The translations under genes were made by a program, and so were the position numbers. From sequence record OR780565.1: a stretch of DNA of 64,000 bases, one strand, 5' to 3'. Under the pieces are notes generated by a model that worked only from the letters and a program-made list of their open reading frames with translations, made no database searches and was not told the origin of the DNA. Positions 10,818 through 20,907 of this stretch are shown here, piece by piece (positions within the stretch are counted from its first letter, which is position 1; each line of letters opens with the position of its first letter). The stretch is from Escherichia phage DCP2.

Positions 10818-10846
10818 GGCCCTTCCTTTTTGGTTGGGCCTTTTTT
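10818..10846. terminator. stem-loop plus T-run between convergent genes
   Basis: ggccc...gggcc inverted repeat followed by tttttt. Confidence 0.5.
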
Positions 10847-10849
10847 AAT

Positions 10850-11092
10850 TTAAAAGCTTTCTTCTACTTCATCGTCTGAATCTTCTAATTCAGCTCTTTT
10901 TCCTGCCAAAGCATCTCTGACTGAGATGTCATCAGTATCTTTTAATTCAGTTTCTTTAACTCTTTTCTTATAATAAGCTTCAAGTTCTTCTAGACCTTCT
11001 ATTGTTTGACAAGAGGCAATTTTACCCATAAATTCATCAATAGAAGCTTCATAAAGAAATTGTTTAAATTCTAGTAACATCTTTTTCTCCAA
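10850..11092 (-). CDS. UvsW.1-like small acidic protein
   Basis: 80 aa immediately downstream of uvsW on the same strand, as in T4. Confidence 0.6.
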   Translation of the reverse strand: MEKKMLLEFKQFLYEASIDEFMGKIASCQTIEGLEELEAYYKKRVKETELKDTDDISVRDALAGKRAELEDSDDEVEESF

Positions 11093-11105
11093 AGGGCCGA
11101 AGCCC

Positions 11106-12617
11106 TTATAAATTAACTGTTTTCATTACGTAATTAAATTTTTCATCTGCGTAGCGCTGAATACGATCAATGCCATGTTTTAAAAGATAGTTCAAATGAA
11201 CGTATTTCTTTTTCGTATTAGCAGATTTTGGCTTAACACCGCAATCATCAATGAGGTCCCAGACCGTTGCGATTGTTTTAGAACCATGCTTACGTAATAC
11301 GCGACCTATTGTTTGCAATACAATAATTTTAGATTTAACACCGTGTGCTAAAACAACGTGATGCAGATTTTTAACTGAAATACCAGTAGAAAATACACCA
11401 TAACTAGCTACTATAATTATTCCTTTACCGTTTTCAGCTAATGTTTTCATTACATTACGGGTTTCGGTATCAACTTCCCCTGATACGTAATAAACTTTAT
11501 CGTATTCATTTTTAATTAAATCGAAAATAGCTTTACCATGTGATACATGCTTAAACATGACAAAAGCGTTTTCATCTTTTTGTGCAAGTTTAATAGCTAA
11601 TTTAGCAATCCATTTATTTCTTTTACTGAGTCCAGTAATAATTTTTATTTCTTCTTGGTAAGTTTTTCCCTTTAATTTAGTAGTGAACTCATCGGGATAG
11701 CGAAGAAAAATACTATTAATTTTTAGCTCAGTTACTTGTCCATCTTCCATCAATTTAGAAGTCGTTACTGGCTTAAATATTTCACCAAACATTCCAACAT
11801 ACTGCATGATATTAGCTTTGCCATCACGTAATGAACCTGATAGACCGAATTTGAACATGCAGTTATTTAAACCTGATATGATAGATGAAATACTTTTTCC
11901 TGTAGCAAGATGGCATTCATCATTCATCATCATTCCAAACTGCGAGAACCATTCTTTTGGTTGTTTTACTACAGTTTGCCATGTACCAACAATTACCGGT
12001 GCATCATTTTTATATTTATCATCTTTTGATGCTCCGCCGCCGATTTTCTTTATCATTGCATGACTGAATAAACGATAATCAACAAAGTCATCAGCCATCT
12101 GAGTTGTTAAAGCGGTTGTTGGAACAATGATAAGAATTTTACCTTCATAATTTTCCAAATAATAACGTGCAAGCAAAGCTTGAATTAAAGATTTACCTGC
12201 GGATGTTGGAAGATTAAGAATTCTGCGACGATTAACTAATCCTTCGAACACTGCATCTTTTTGATACCAGTGCGGTTCAATTCTTTTATTTCCTGAATAG
12301 ATTTCTAATTTAGAAAGCCATTCATCAAAATCTTTTCTTGATAATTCTTCTTTTTCGTTAATTTGCGGGTCAATCCAGGCTTTATAGCCAAAATTATCAC
12401 AGAACTTTTTAATTTGCCCGACTAAGCCGAATGGAAGAAGGCGATTATAATCTAAAAGACGGATTCGTCCATCCCAGTGACCATATTTGTATTTCGGATT
12501 AAAACGATACCCGTCAGCTTCAAAGCTAAAGAAATCACGGAGTTCATGAAATGTACTTTCTTCACAATCAATTCTCACGTGACTAAAATCATAAAAATGT
12601 ACTTTAATGTCAGTCAT
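11106..12617 (-). CDS. uvsW: UvsW DNA/RNA helicase
   Basis: 503 aa; SF2 helicase motifs (PTSAGKS Walker A, DECH box); synteny. Confidence 0.85.
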   Translation of the reverse strand: MTDIKVHFYDFSHVRIDCEESTFHELRDFFSFEADGYRFNPKYKYGHWDGRIRLLDYNRLLPFGLVGQIKKFCDNFGYKAWIDPQINEKEELSRKDFDEWLSKLEIYSGNKRIEPHWYQKDAVFEGLVNRRRILNLPTSAGKSLIQALLARYYLENYEGKILIIVPTTALTTQMADDFVDYRLFSHAMIKKIGGGASKDDKYKNDAPVIVGTWQTVVKQPKEWFSQFGMMMNDECHLATGKSISSIISGLNNCMFKFGLSGSLRDGKANIMQYVGMFGEIFKPVTTSKLMEDGQVTELKINSIFLRYPDEFTTKLKGKTYQEEIKIITGLSKRNKWIAKLAIKLAQKDENAFVMFKHVSHGKAIFDLIKNEYDKVYYVSGEVDTETRNVMKTLAENGKGIIIVASYGVFSTGISVKNLHHVVLAHGVKSKIIVLQTIGRVLRKHGSKTIATVWDLIDDCGVKPKSANTKKKYVHLNYLLKHGIDRIQRYADEKFNYVMKTVNL

Positions 12618-12667
12618 GTCTAAATACCATGTAATAAATATATCTATATTTATACTGAGGAAATATT

Positions 12668-13348
12668 ATGATAGATAAAGATTATATTGCAGAGCTGAAG
12701 GCTCTTGATGATAATAAAGAAGCTAAAGCTAAATTAGCTGAATATGCTGAACAGTTTGGTATAAAGGTCAAAAAGAATAAATCTTTTGATAATATCGTTA
12801 TTGATATTGAAGAAGCCCTCCAGAAGCTCGCTAGTGAACCTATGCCAGAGACTGATGGGTTATCTATTAAAGACTTAATTGATGCTGCTGATGCCGCAGA
12901 AGGGTTAAAATATGACGATGAAGAAGTCAATCCAGAAGCAGCACTTCTGATTGATTCTCCGGTTAAATCTGACATTAAAATTGAAGTAGTAGAAACGGAT
13001 AAAATTCCTGAAAATACCGATGTTTTGATTGAAGATACTCCTTTTGTTGAAGAAAAATTCGAACAGGCTGTAGCTGAGATTATTGAATCTGAAAAGCCGT
13101 CTGTATTTACTCTTCCGGAAAACTTTAGTCCGAATCTTCAGCTGATTGGAAAAAATCCAGGATTCTGCACTGTTCCTTGGTGGATTTATCAGTGGATTGC
13201 TGAAACTCCGGATTGGAAATCTCACCCAACTAGTTTTGAACATGCGTCGGCACACCAAACTTTATTTAGCTTAATTTACTACATTAATCGTGACGGATCA
13301 GTTCTAATTCGTGAAACACGCAATTCTTCTTTCGTAACATTAAAATAA
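12668..13348 (+). CDS. inh: Inh-like protein (inhibitor of prohead protease)
   Basis: 226-aa acidic protein between uvsW and hoc; assignment is by position and size from memory. Confidence 0.55.
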   Translation: MIDKDYIAELKALDDNKEAKAKLAEYAEQFGIKVKKNKSFDNIVIDIEEALQKLASEPMPETDGLSIKDLIDAADAAEGLKYDDEEVNPEAALLIDSPVKSDIKIEVVETDKIPENTDVLIEDTPFVEEKFEQAVAEIIESEKPSVFTLPENFSPNLQLIGKNPGFCTVPWWIYQWIAETPDWKSHPTSFEHASAHQTLFSLIYYINRDGSVLIRETRNSSFVTLK

Positions 13349-13357
13349 GGATAACTT

Positions 13358-14776
13358 ATGGCTTTTACAGTTGATATAACTCCTAAAACACCTACTGGAG
13401 TTATAGATCAGACTCAGCAGTTTACTGCTACACCCAGTGGTCAAACTGGAGATGGACCTATTACATATGCTTGGACTGTAGATGATGTTCCACAGGAAGA
13501 AACATCTGCAACTTTTAGTTATGTACTAAAAGGACCTGCCGGTCAAAAAACTATTAAAGTAGTTGCAACAAACCCAGTTCCAGATACTGATGCTGAAACA
13601 GCTGAAATTAGTACAACTATCACAGTTCAAAATAAGACACAGACAACTACCTTAGCTGTAACTCCTAATAGTCCTCCAGAAGGAGTAATCGGAACAGCTG
13701 TTGAATTTACTGCTGCCTTAGCTTCACAGCCATCGGGCGCATCTGCTACGTATCAATGGTACGTTGACGGTTCTCCTGTGAGCGAAGCAACTTCTGCTAC
13801 ATTCAATTATACTCCTACTACAAGCGGAGTTAAAACAATTAAGTGTGTAGCTCAAGTAACCGCGGCAGATTATGATACAAAGGAAGTTACTTCTAATGAA
13901 GTGTCACTGACTGTTAATAAAAAGACGCAGACAACTACCTTGGCAGTAACTCCTGATAGTCCTGCTGCTGGAGTAATTGGAACCCCGGTTCAATTTACTG
14001 CTGCCTTAGCTTCTCAACCTGATGGAGCGTCTGCCACGTATCAGTGGTATGTAGATGATTCACAAGTTGGTGGAGAAACTAACTCTACATTTAACTATAC
14101 TCCAACTACAAGTGGAGTAAAAAGAATTAAATGCGTAGCCCAAGTAACTGCAGAAAATTATAATGAAAAGGAAGTTACTTCCAATGAAGTATCATTGACA
14201 GTTAATAAGAAGACAATGAATCCACAGGTTGCATTGACTCCTCCTTCTATTAATGTTCAGCAAGATGCTTCGGCTACATTTACTGCTAATGTTACTGGCG
14301 CACCTGAAGCAGCACAAATTACTTACTCATGGAAGAAAGATTCTTCTCCTGTGGAAGGGTCAACTAACGTATATACTGTTGATACCTCATCTATTGGAAG
14401 TCAAACTATTGAAGTTACTGCTGTCGTTACAGCAACTGACTATGATAGTAAAACAGTTAAAGCCACAGGTCAAGTTCAAGTGACTGATAAAGTTGCTCCG
14501 GAACCAGAAGGTGAATTACCTTATGTTCATCCTCTTCCACATCGTAGCTCAGCTTATATCTGGTGCGGTTGGTGGGTTATGGATGAAATCCAAAAAATGA
14601 CTGAAGAAGGTAAAGATTGGAAAACTGAAGATCCAGATAGTAAATACTACTTGCATCGTTACACTCTTCAGAAGATGATGAAAGACTATCCAGAAGTTGA
14701 TGTTCAAGAATCGCGTAATGGATACATCATTCATAAAACTGCTTTAGAAACTGGTATCATCTATACCTATCCATAA
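13358..14776 (+). CDS. hoc: Hoc outer capsid protein with four Ig-like domains
   Basis: 472 aa; repeated roughly 97-aa Ig-like modules plus a C-terminal capsid-binding region; position as in T4. Confidence 0.85.
   Translation: MAFTVDITPKTPTGVIDQTQQFTATPSGQTGDGPITYAWTVDDVPQEETSATFSYVLKGPAGQKTIKVVATNPVPDTDAETAEISTTITVQNKTQTTTLAVTPNSPPEGVIGTAVEFTAALASQPSGASATYQWYVDGSPVSEATSATFNYTPTTSGVKTIKCVAQVTAADYDTKEVTSNEVSLTVNKKTQTTTLAVTPDSPAAGVIGTPVQFTAALASQPDGASATYQWYVDDSQVGGETNSTFNYTPTTSGVKRIKCVAQVTAENYNEKEVTSNEVSLTVNKKTMNPQVALTPPSINVQQDASATFTANVTGAPEAAQITYSWKKDSSPVEGSTNVYTVDTSSIGSQTIEVTAVVTATDYDSKTVKATGQVQVTDKVAPEPEGELPYVHPLPHRSSAYIWCGWWVMDEIQKMTEEGKDWKTEDPDSKYYLHRYTLQKMMKDYPEVDVQESRNGYIIHKTALETGIIYTYP
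13631..14212 (+). repeat. tandem duplication of a 291-bp Ig-domain unit inside hoc
   Basis: Units 13631-13921 and 13922-14212 encode near-identical KTQTTTLAVTP...EVSLTVNK modules. Confidence 0.8.
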
Positions 14777-14781
14777 TCTCA

Positions 14782-14795
14782 GGGGCTTCGGCCCC
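14782..14795 (+). terminator. GGGGC-TTCG-GCCCC hairpin plus T-rich tail
   Basis: UUCG tetraloop hairpin directly after the hoc stop. Confidence 0.65.
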
Positions 14796-14864
14796 TTTCT
14801 TCATTTTAAAAGCACACAAAACGCAATCAGAAAACGATGTATATAATGGCACCAACTCGATAAC

Positions 14865-15080
14865 ATGAGATTGATTATGAGAACTGAGGTTGTGGTGTTT
14901 ACACTCCATGAGTCTGGAAAGTCATTCATTGAAATTGCTCGTGAATTGAACTTACAGGCAAAGGAAGTGGCTGTATTATGGGCTCGAGCTATGACTGCTA
15001 AGAATAAATTTGAGACTCGAGAAAAAGTTGTCTATAGAAAAAGACATATTAATAAAAAGGTGAAAAATGGAACAGTATGA
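14865..15080 (+). CDS. hypothetical small basic protein
   Basis: 71-aa ORF with ATG start between hoc and rnlB. Confidence 0.45.
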   Translation: MRLIMRTEVVVFTLHESGKSFIEIARELNLQAKEVAVLWARAMTAKNKFETREKVVYRKRHINKKVKNGTV

Positions 15081-15345
15081 TCTTTATGAAAATGAATCTT
15101 TTGCTAATCAATTACGCGAAAAAGCACTTAAAAGCAAACAGTTTAAGCTAGAGTGTTTTATTAAAGATTTTTCGGAACTTGCTAATAAAGCAGCTGAACA
15201 AGGTAAAACATATTTTAGTTATTATTGCACTGCTCGCGATAAATTGATTACTGAAGAAATTGGTGATTGGCTGAGAAAAGAAGGATTTAGCTTTAAAGTC
15301 AATAGTGACCAGCGTGATGGTGATTGGTTAGAAATTACATTTTGA
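15067..15345 (+). CDS. hypothetical protein
   Basis: 92-aa ORF with ATG start, translationally overlapping the previous ORF. Confidence 0.5.
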   Translation: MEQYDLYENESFANQLREKALKSKQFKLECFIKDFSELANKAAEQGKTYFSYYCTARDKLITEEIGDWLRKEGFSFKVNSDQRDGDWLEITF

Positions 15346-15354
15346 GGATTAATT

Positions 15355-16359
15355 ATGTTTAAAAAGTATAGCAGTCTTGAAAATCATTACAATTCTAAAT
15401 TCATTGAAAAACTTTATAGTTTAGGATTGACTGGCGGCGAATGGGTAGCTCGTGAAAAGATTCATGGCACAAATTTCTCACTGATTATTGAACGCGATAA
15501 AGCAACTTGTGCTAAACGTACTGGACCGATTCTTCCTGCTGAAGATTTCTTTGGGTATGAAATTATTCTAAAGAATTACGCTGATTCCATTAAAGCAGTA
15601 CAAGATATTATGGAAACTTCAGCAGTTGTATCTTATCAAGTCTTCGGCGAATTCGCTGGACCTGGCATTCAGAAGAATGTCGATTATGGTGATAAAGATT
15701 TTTATGTATTTGACATTATTGTTACTACCGAAAGTGGTGATGTGACTTATGTCGATGATTATATGATGGAATCATTCTGTAATACATTTAAATTTAAAAT
15801 GGCTCCACTTTTAGGTCGCGGTAAATTTGAAGAGCTTATTAAATTGCCAAATGATTTAGATTCTGTCGTCCAAGATTATAATTTTACAGTAGACCATGCT
15901 GGATTAGTTGATGCAAATAAATGCGTTTGGAATGCCGAAGCAAAAGGCGAAGTATTTACTGCTGAAGGATATGTATTGAAACCTTGTTATCCTTCTTGGC
16001 TTCATAATGGAAATCGTGTAGCCATCAAATGCAAGAATTCCAAATTTAGTGAAAAGAAAAAGTCTGATAAGCCTATTAAAGCTAAAGTTGAACTATCAGA
16101 AGCTGATAACAAATTGGTGGGAATTTTAGCTTGCTACGTTACACTGAACCGAGTAAATAACGTTATTTCTAAAATTGGTGAAATTGGTCCAAAAGATTTT
16201 GGAAAGGTGATGGGACTAACTGTTCAAGATATTTTGGAAGAAACTTCTCGTGAAGGTATTACTCTAACTCAAGCAGATAATCCTTCTTTGGTTAAAAAGG
16301 AATTAGTTAAAATGGTACAAGATGTACTTCGTCCGGCTTGGATTGAATTGGTAAGTTAA
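15355..16359 (+). CDS. rnlB: RNA ligase 2
   Basis: 334 aa, same as T4 Rnl2; nucleotidyltransferase KxHGT motif (REKIHGTNF) near the N-terminus. Confidence 0.9.
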   Translation: MFKKYSSLENHYNSKFIEKLYSLGLTGGEWVAREKIHGTNFSLIIERDKATCAKRTGPILPAEDFFGYEIILKNYADSIKAVQDIMETSAVVSYQVFGEFAGPGIQKNVDYGDKDFYVFDIIVTTESGDVTYVDDYMMESFCNTFKFKMAPLLGRGKFEELIKLPNDLDSVVQDYNFTVDHAGLVDANKCVWNAEAKGEVFTAEGYVLKPCYPSWLHNGNRVAIKCKNSKFSEKKKSDKPIKAKVELSEADNKLVGILACYVTLNRVNNVISKIGEIGPKDFGKVMGLTVQDILEETSREGITLTQADNPSLVKKELVKMVQDVLRPAWIELVS

Positions 16360-16366
16360 ATAAAAA

Positions 16367-16382
16367 GGGACCGAAAGGTCCC
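16367..16382. terminator. GGGACC-GAAA-GGTCCC hairpin between convergent genes
   Basis: Perfect 6-bp stem with GAAA loop and flanking T/A runs. Confidence 0.6.
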
Positions 16383-16388
16383 TTTGTT

Positions 16389-17672
16389 TTATTCATCAAC
16401 GATAATTTTTGGTAGCTTAACACCTAATAAAACAGACAAATCTGAACGACCCGCCATTTTATCCATGTCTCCACCATCAATTATTCTTGCTTCTTTTTCA
16501 TCTTTTGCTACAGTGTAAGGATTTGCTGATAAAGCATATCTAACTAATAAACCGATAGATGGCTGCAAACTTTCTGGGTCAACTACAACTTTAAATGCAC
16601 CTACATGTTCAGGGTCATCTAAGTCAAGGCCTTCTGTATACGGAGCATAGAAAATTGATCCAACAATTTCTTTTTCACCGATATTTTCTACTACGCCAAC
16701 GATTACATAATCTAATGGGCTGTTAGTATCGCAATAAAGCGGTAAACCATTAGCTAAGAACCCATAGGCATTTTGTGAAAGATATTTATCATCTTCTGGT
16801 TTATGTTTTAACCAACCTGATGCAGCAAGAATCGCAGCAGCACGAGCTGAAGCAACACAGAACGTTGCTGTATAAGTTGATTCTTTTTGGATATGCGAAA
16901 CCATTTCACATACCATTCGGTATAATGAACGACCAGCTTCAGGTGCAGATGCATAACTCAAATCGATGAATCCAGTATCAGTAATTCCTGTAACTTTATA
17001 GCGTTTTGACACTGTAATCAAAGACTGCAGAATATCTTTATTGATTTCATCTGCCATTTCAGTTGCAAGCAAATCTTCCAAGAAATTAGGAGCATCGAAT
17101 CCATTTGCTTCTAAATCTTGTGCTAATTCAACTGTGATACCAGTTTTAAGTTTACGAGATTTAACTGCGGTTTGCCATTTATTAATCTGGAATCTAGCAT
17201 CCGCAATTTCACTATCAGAGCTTTCAAATTTGCTTGTTGACGCTGCGTCAGAAAATAGACGAACCTTTAAAAGAACAATTGCAATCTGAAGAGCTAATTC
17301 TAAATCGCTTTCTTCAATATCAGCAAATGGTGTATCTTCTAATACTTTATAAACGATATTATTATATTTGAATAAATCGCCCTTATTGAGAGTTAATTTA
17401 GACTCTTCTGTTAATTCTGTGATTTGTTCTCGGTCTACATATCCAGCTTCGCCAGCATAAGTAGCACCAGTTTTAAATGTAAATTCATTGTCTGGGTTAA
17501 GGTATTTGATACCATAAAAAGCAGCAACAGGTTGATTAGTTCTTTGCGTTGCTACAATGTCAGAATATATTAATTTAGTGGTAGCGCGAGTCAAAGCAAC
17601 GAGATTTGGGCGACCGATTGAGTTGCTATTCGTTGTGGTTGATTCGCGCAGAAGTTCGTTGATTTTAGCCAT
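16389..17672 (-). CDS. 24: gp24 head vertex protein
   Basis: 427 aa, same as T4 gp24; minus-strand TATAAATA at 17700-17707 upstream. Confidence 0.85.
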   Translation of the reverse strand: MAKINELLRESTTTNSNSIGRPNLVALTRATTKLIYSDIVATQRTNQPVAAFYGIKYLNPDNEFTFKTGATYAGEAGYVDREQITELTEESKLTLNKGDLFKYNNIVYKVLEDTPFADIEESDLELALQIAIVLLKVRLFSDAASTSKFESSDSEIADARFQINKWQTAVKSRKLKTGITVELAQDLEANGFDAPNFLEDLLATEMADEINKDILQSLITVSKRYKVTGITDTGFIDLSYASAPEAGRSLYRMVCEMVSHIQKESTYTATFCVASARAAAILAASGWLKHKPEDDKYLSQNAYGFLANGLPLYCDTNSPLDYVIVGVVENIGEKEIVGSIFYAPYTEGLDLDDPEHVGAFKVVVDPESLQPSIGLLVRYALSANPYTVAKDEKEARIIDGGDMDKMAGRSDLSVLLGVKLPKIIVDE

Positions 17673-17771
17673 TGTATTTTCCTTGTTGAAATATAATACT
17701 ATTTATAAAGTTATTTACAAGACCAAAGTAATATGATATTATATTCATATACAAATGGAGTGGTGTTTAAA

Positions 17772-18434
17772 ATGAAATATTTAATATATCAAATTACTAA
17801 TATCATCAATGGAAAAATTTACATCGGAGCTCATGCTACTCTTGACGAAAACGATGGTTATATGGGTTCTGGCGTAAACATCAAAAAATCCATCAAAAAA
17901 TATGGTATTCATAACTTTAAAAAAGAAATTCTTTATTCTTTCTCCTCATCTGAGGAGATGTATAAAATGGAAGCTTTACTAGTCAATGAGGAATTCGTTA
18001 TGAGAACTGATACTTATAATGCTGCTATTGGTGGTAGAGGAAATCCAGTTATAGTTCATTTGCAAGATCCTTCATATCGTAATATGTTATCAATGCGAAC
18101 AAAAGAAGGAATGACTGCGGAAGCTAAACGAAAAATATCAAAGGCAAAAACAGGCGTTAAGCAATCTGATGAAACTATCGCGAAGCGAGTTAAAGGGCGC
18201 AATGAATATTATAAAACACATGTTCATCCACGAAAAAATAAACCTATATCGATTTCACATCGTAAAGCTATTTCTGAAAAACTTAGCGGTATTAAAAAAT
18301 TTATTCCAATATGTATAAAGGGTGTCAAATTTGATAATCCTGATTACGCAGCGGAGCATTTTAAAGTTAGTCCTAAAACTATTCGCAATTGGATAAATGC
18401 GGATGATATGCCTGATTGCTATCGTATAAAATAG
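17772..18434 (+). CDS. segD: GIY-YIG homing endonuclease, SegD-like
   Basis: KYLIYQITNIINGKIYIGAH GIY-YIG motif; first ATG at 17772; lies between genes 24 and 23. Confidence 0.7.
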   Translation: MKYLIYQITNIINGKIYIGAHATLDENDGYMGSGVNIKKSIKKYGIHNFKKEILYSFSSSEEMYKMEALLVNEEFVMRTDTYNAAIGGRGNPVIVHLQDPSYRNMLSMRTKEGMTAEAKRKISKAKTGVKQSDETIAKRVKGRNEYYKTHVHPRKNKPISISHRKAISEKLSGIKKFIPICIKGVKFDNPDYAAEHFKVSPKTIRNWINADDMPDCYRIK

Positions 18435-18439
18435 AAAAA

Positions 18440-18457
18440 GGGAACCCGAAGGTTCCC
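18440..18457. terminator. GGGAACC-CGAA-GGTTCCC hairpin
   Basis: Perfect 7-bp inverted repeat between the seg gene and gene 23. Confidence 0.6.
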
Positions 18458-18483
18458 TAAAATTGTGCTTCTATCGTTAGAGA

Positions 18484-20049
18484 TTAGATACCTTTAACAT
18501 ATACACGTCTAAAGTAAGCGTTTTTACCAAGGCTATTCAGAATAGAAGGCATACCGCTCTGGATGCGAGAAGCCGGAGCCTGAGCAGCGGATTCTGCAAA
18601 TGGGTTGATACCGATACCGTAACGAGTTTTGAATCCCATTACTGGTTGGAAGTTCTTCGGATCGGAACCACGCAGCGGAGTCAGAGCTACATATGGAGCA
18701 TAGTAAATACCAGCATCCATTTCGTTCGGACCTTTATAACCTACAGTGAAATAATCCTGTTTAGCATACTGGTCGATATATACACGGTATTTACCACCCA
18801 GAACACCCGCAAATACTGACTTGGTAGTATCAGTGTTAAAGCCGGTAGCCAGACCCTGTGCAGCATAAGAAATGCCAGTATCAACTGAAGCCAGAACGTT
18901 AACTACGTTACGGGAAGCGATAATGAAGTTACCTTCACCACGACCGGTCTGACGAGCAATTTCAACTGCTTCTTTGTCAATCTGGAACAACAGAGCTTTA
19001 AAGGATTCACCCGCCCAGCGAGCACCACGAATATCAATCGGATCCTGGAAGTCAAATACACCAGCTTTAGAACCCGGAGTCAGGGTCATACCAGATTTAC
19101 CAACCTGAGCGGAGTAGTTAATCCAATCAACAACTTCGCGGTTGATTTCCAGCATAATTTCTGTAGCCAGAATACCAGACAGTTCAGCATCAGCATCCAT
19201 ACCGTGAACAGCGCGAAGGTCTTGTGCTAATTCAATAGAGTAAGCAGCTTTCAGCTGACGAGATTTAGCTTCGATAACTTGTTTATCGATACGGAAGCCC
19301 ATTTCATTCCATGGGTTATCGGTAGAACCGTTGAAACCTTCCTGAAGTTCAGCGATAGAAGTAGCCATACCTTCAGCGATTTCTACCAGTACACCAGCTT
19401 CCATTTGTTTCTTAATTTCAGCATCTAATTTGTCTGCGTCAGATGCGCCTGAATCAATTTGTTTAGCTGCTGTAGCTTGCAGATATACTGTACCAGTTTC
19501 CTGGAAGAAGTGAGTGTAAATAGTTCCGACTTCAAGAGTATCACTTGCTTTCAAAGCAGCGAATTTCTTAGCAGCACCCTGACCAGAGAACATTGCATCT
19601 GGACCATACATTGGGTGGAATGCTTCTTTAGCGCCGGAAGCGATTGGATCTTTACCATATACTGCGCGCAGCGCGAATACCTGGCCAGTCGGGCTGTTCA
19701 TTGGCTGAACACCACAAATATCGAAAGCAATCAGGTTAGGAATAGCACGACGTACCATACCCATAACAGCTGGGCCAATCTGAGTTACTGCGCCAGAAGT
19801 CTGACCTGCGGCGATGTTGGTAGCATTGTAACCGTGGTCACCACCGATTTCAGCTTCTGTTAAGAAAGAACCGAATGCCTGAGCAATTTTTTCGTCTTTA
19901 TATTCCGGAGCTGTCTGGAAATCTTTTTCCTGGTTTTCAAAGATTTTAGCGATAATCGCTTGTTTGCTATTAGCAATTTCCGGTAAACCTTCACCTTCCA
20001 GTAATGGCTTCCATTTGTTCAAAAGTTCAGCTTTAGTTTTGATAGTCAT
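18484..20049 (-). CDS. 23: gp23 major capsid protein
   Basis: 521 aa, same as T4 gp23; MTIKTKAELLNKW N-terminus. Confidence 0.95.
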   Translation of the reverse strand: MTIKTKAELLNKWKPLLEGEGLPEIANSKQAIIAKIFENQEKDFQTAPEYKDEKIAQAFGSFLTEAEIGGDHGYNATNIAAGQTSGAVTQIGPAVMGMVRRAIPNLIAFDICGVQPMNSPTGQVFALRAVYGKDPIASGAKEAFHPMYGPDAMFSGQGAAKKFAALKASDTLEVGTIYTHFFQETGTVYLQATAAKQIDSGASDADKLDAEIKKQMEAGVLVEIAEGMATSIAELQEGFNGSTDNPWNEMGFRIDKQVIEAKSRQLKAAYSIELAQDLRAVHGMDADAELSGILATEIMLEINREVVDWINYSAQVGKSGMTLTPGSKAGVFDFQDPIDIRGARWAGESFKALLFQIDKEAVEIARQTGRGEGNFIIASRNVVNVLASVDTGISYAAQGLATGFNTDTTKSVFAGVLGGKYRVYIDQYAKQDYFTVGYKGPNEMDAGIYYAPYVALTPLRGSDPKNFQPVMGFKTRYGIGINPFAESAAQAPASRIQSGMPSILNSLGKNAYFRRVYVKGI

Positions 20050-20067
20050 TTGTGTTAACCTTTAAAA

Positions 20068-20877
20068 TTAGAAACGAGATGCGACTTTCGCATATACACT
20101 TACAATATCTTCTGCACCTTGTGCAGATTTATCTTCTACAGCTTCAGTGACGAAATTCAGTCCGGCTGCTTCAGTATCAGGAGTATTTATACTCTCAGTA
20201 ATAGTGCTTTCATCTTTATTAGATTTCTTCACCATTTCTACGATTGCACTCAATTTACTTGAGAATGCATCTGAATAATCCATACCTTCGACCAGAGCAG
20301 AGACTTTTTCTTTTTGAGACTCAGTCAGATCTTTAGTACTTTCGCTCAATGCCACTTCACGCTGCACATAATTGATATATGCGTCACGCTTATTGAGTTC
20401 TTCGAACAGACGAGCTGATTCTTCTTTATGTTCTTGCAGTTCTTCTTCCATTTCAGCTACAACATCAACTGATTCTTCTGGAACAACAACGTTGTGTTCA
20501 ACGAAGAGCTCTTTCAATCCACCAAGCATGGATTCAAACAGTTCGGCTTTGATACCTTTATCTACTGCTAATTTATTTTCAGTGAGCCATTCTTTTGCAA
20601 GATGGTCAAGGAATTTAGAAGCTTGCTCAGCGATTTTCTTCTCAGCTTTTTCTTCTGCTTCTTCTTTATTTTTTTCTACTTCTTCTTCTGCTTTTTCAGC
20701 AATTTTAGCGATATGAGATTCAGCTAATTTAACGGCGTGCTGCTTGACGGTAGCTTCGAATACAGTGCCGAAAGTTTCTTTTGCTTCCGGAGAAATATTA
20801 ACTGATTCGAAAATACTATCAAGAGCAACGGAAGCATCAATTTTCTGCGCTTCGGCAATCAGTTGTTCTTTAAGCAT
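20068..20877 (-). CDS. 22: gp22 prohead core scaffold
   Basis: 269 aa, same as T4 gp22; highly charged coiled-coil composition; minus-strand TATAAATA at 20905-20912. Confidence 0.85.
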   Translation of the reverse strand: MLKEQLIAEAQKIDASVALDSIFESVNISPEAKETFGTVFEATVKQHAVKLAESHIAKIAEKAEEEVEKNKEEAEEKAEKKIAEQASKFLDHLAKEWLTENKLAVDKGIKAELFESMLGGLKELFVEHNVVVPEESVDVVAEMEEELQEHKEESARLFEELNKRDAYINYVQREVALSESTKDLTESQKEKVSALVEGMDYSDAFSSKLSAIVEMVKKSNKDESTITESINTPDTEAAGLNFVTEAVEDKSAQGAEDIVSVYAKVASRF

Positions 20878-20907
20878 TTTGTAGTCCTGTTGTTTAGATA
20901 ATAATAT

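Noticed and set aside
19459-19863. Antisense ORFs nested inside large structural genes (this one in gene 23; others at 40355-40744 in gene 7, 5552-5836 in gene 29, 36457-36678 in gene 10)
   Set aside because: No RBS or promoter signals, wholly inside genes whose lengths match T4 exactly; expected by chance at this ORF length.
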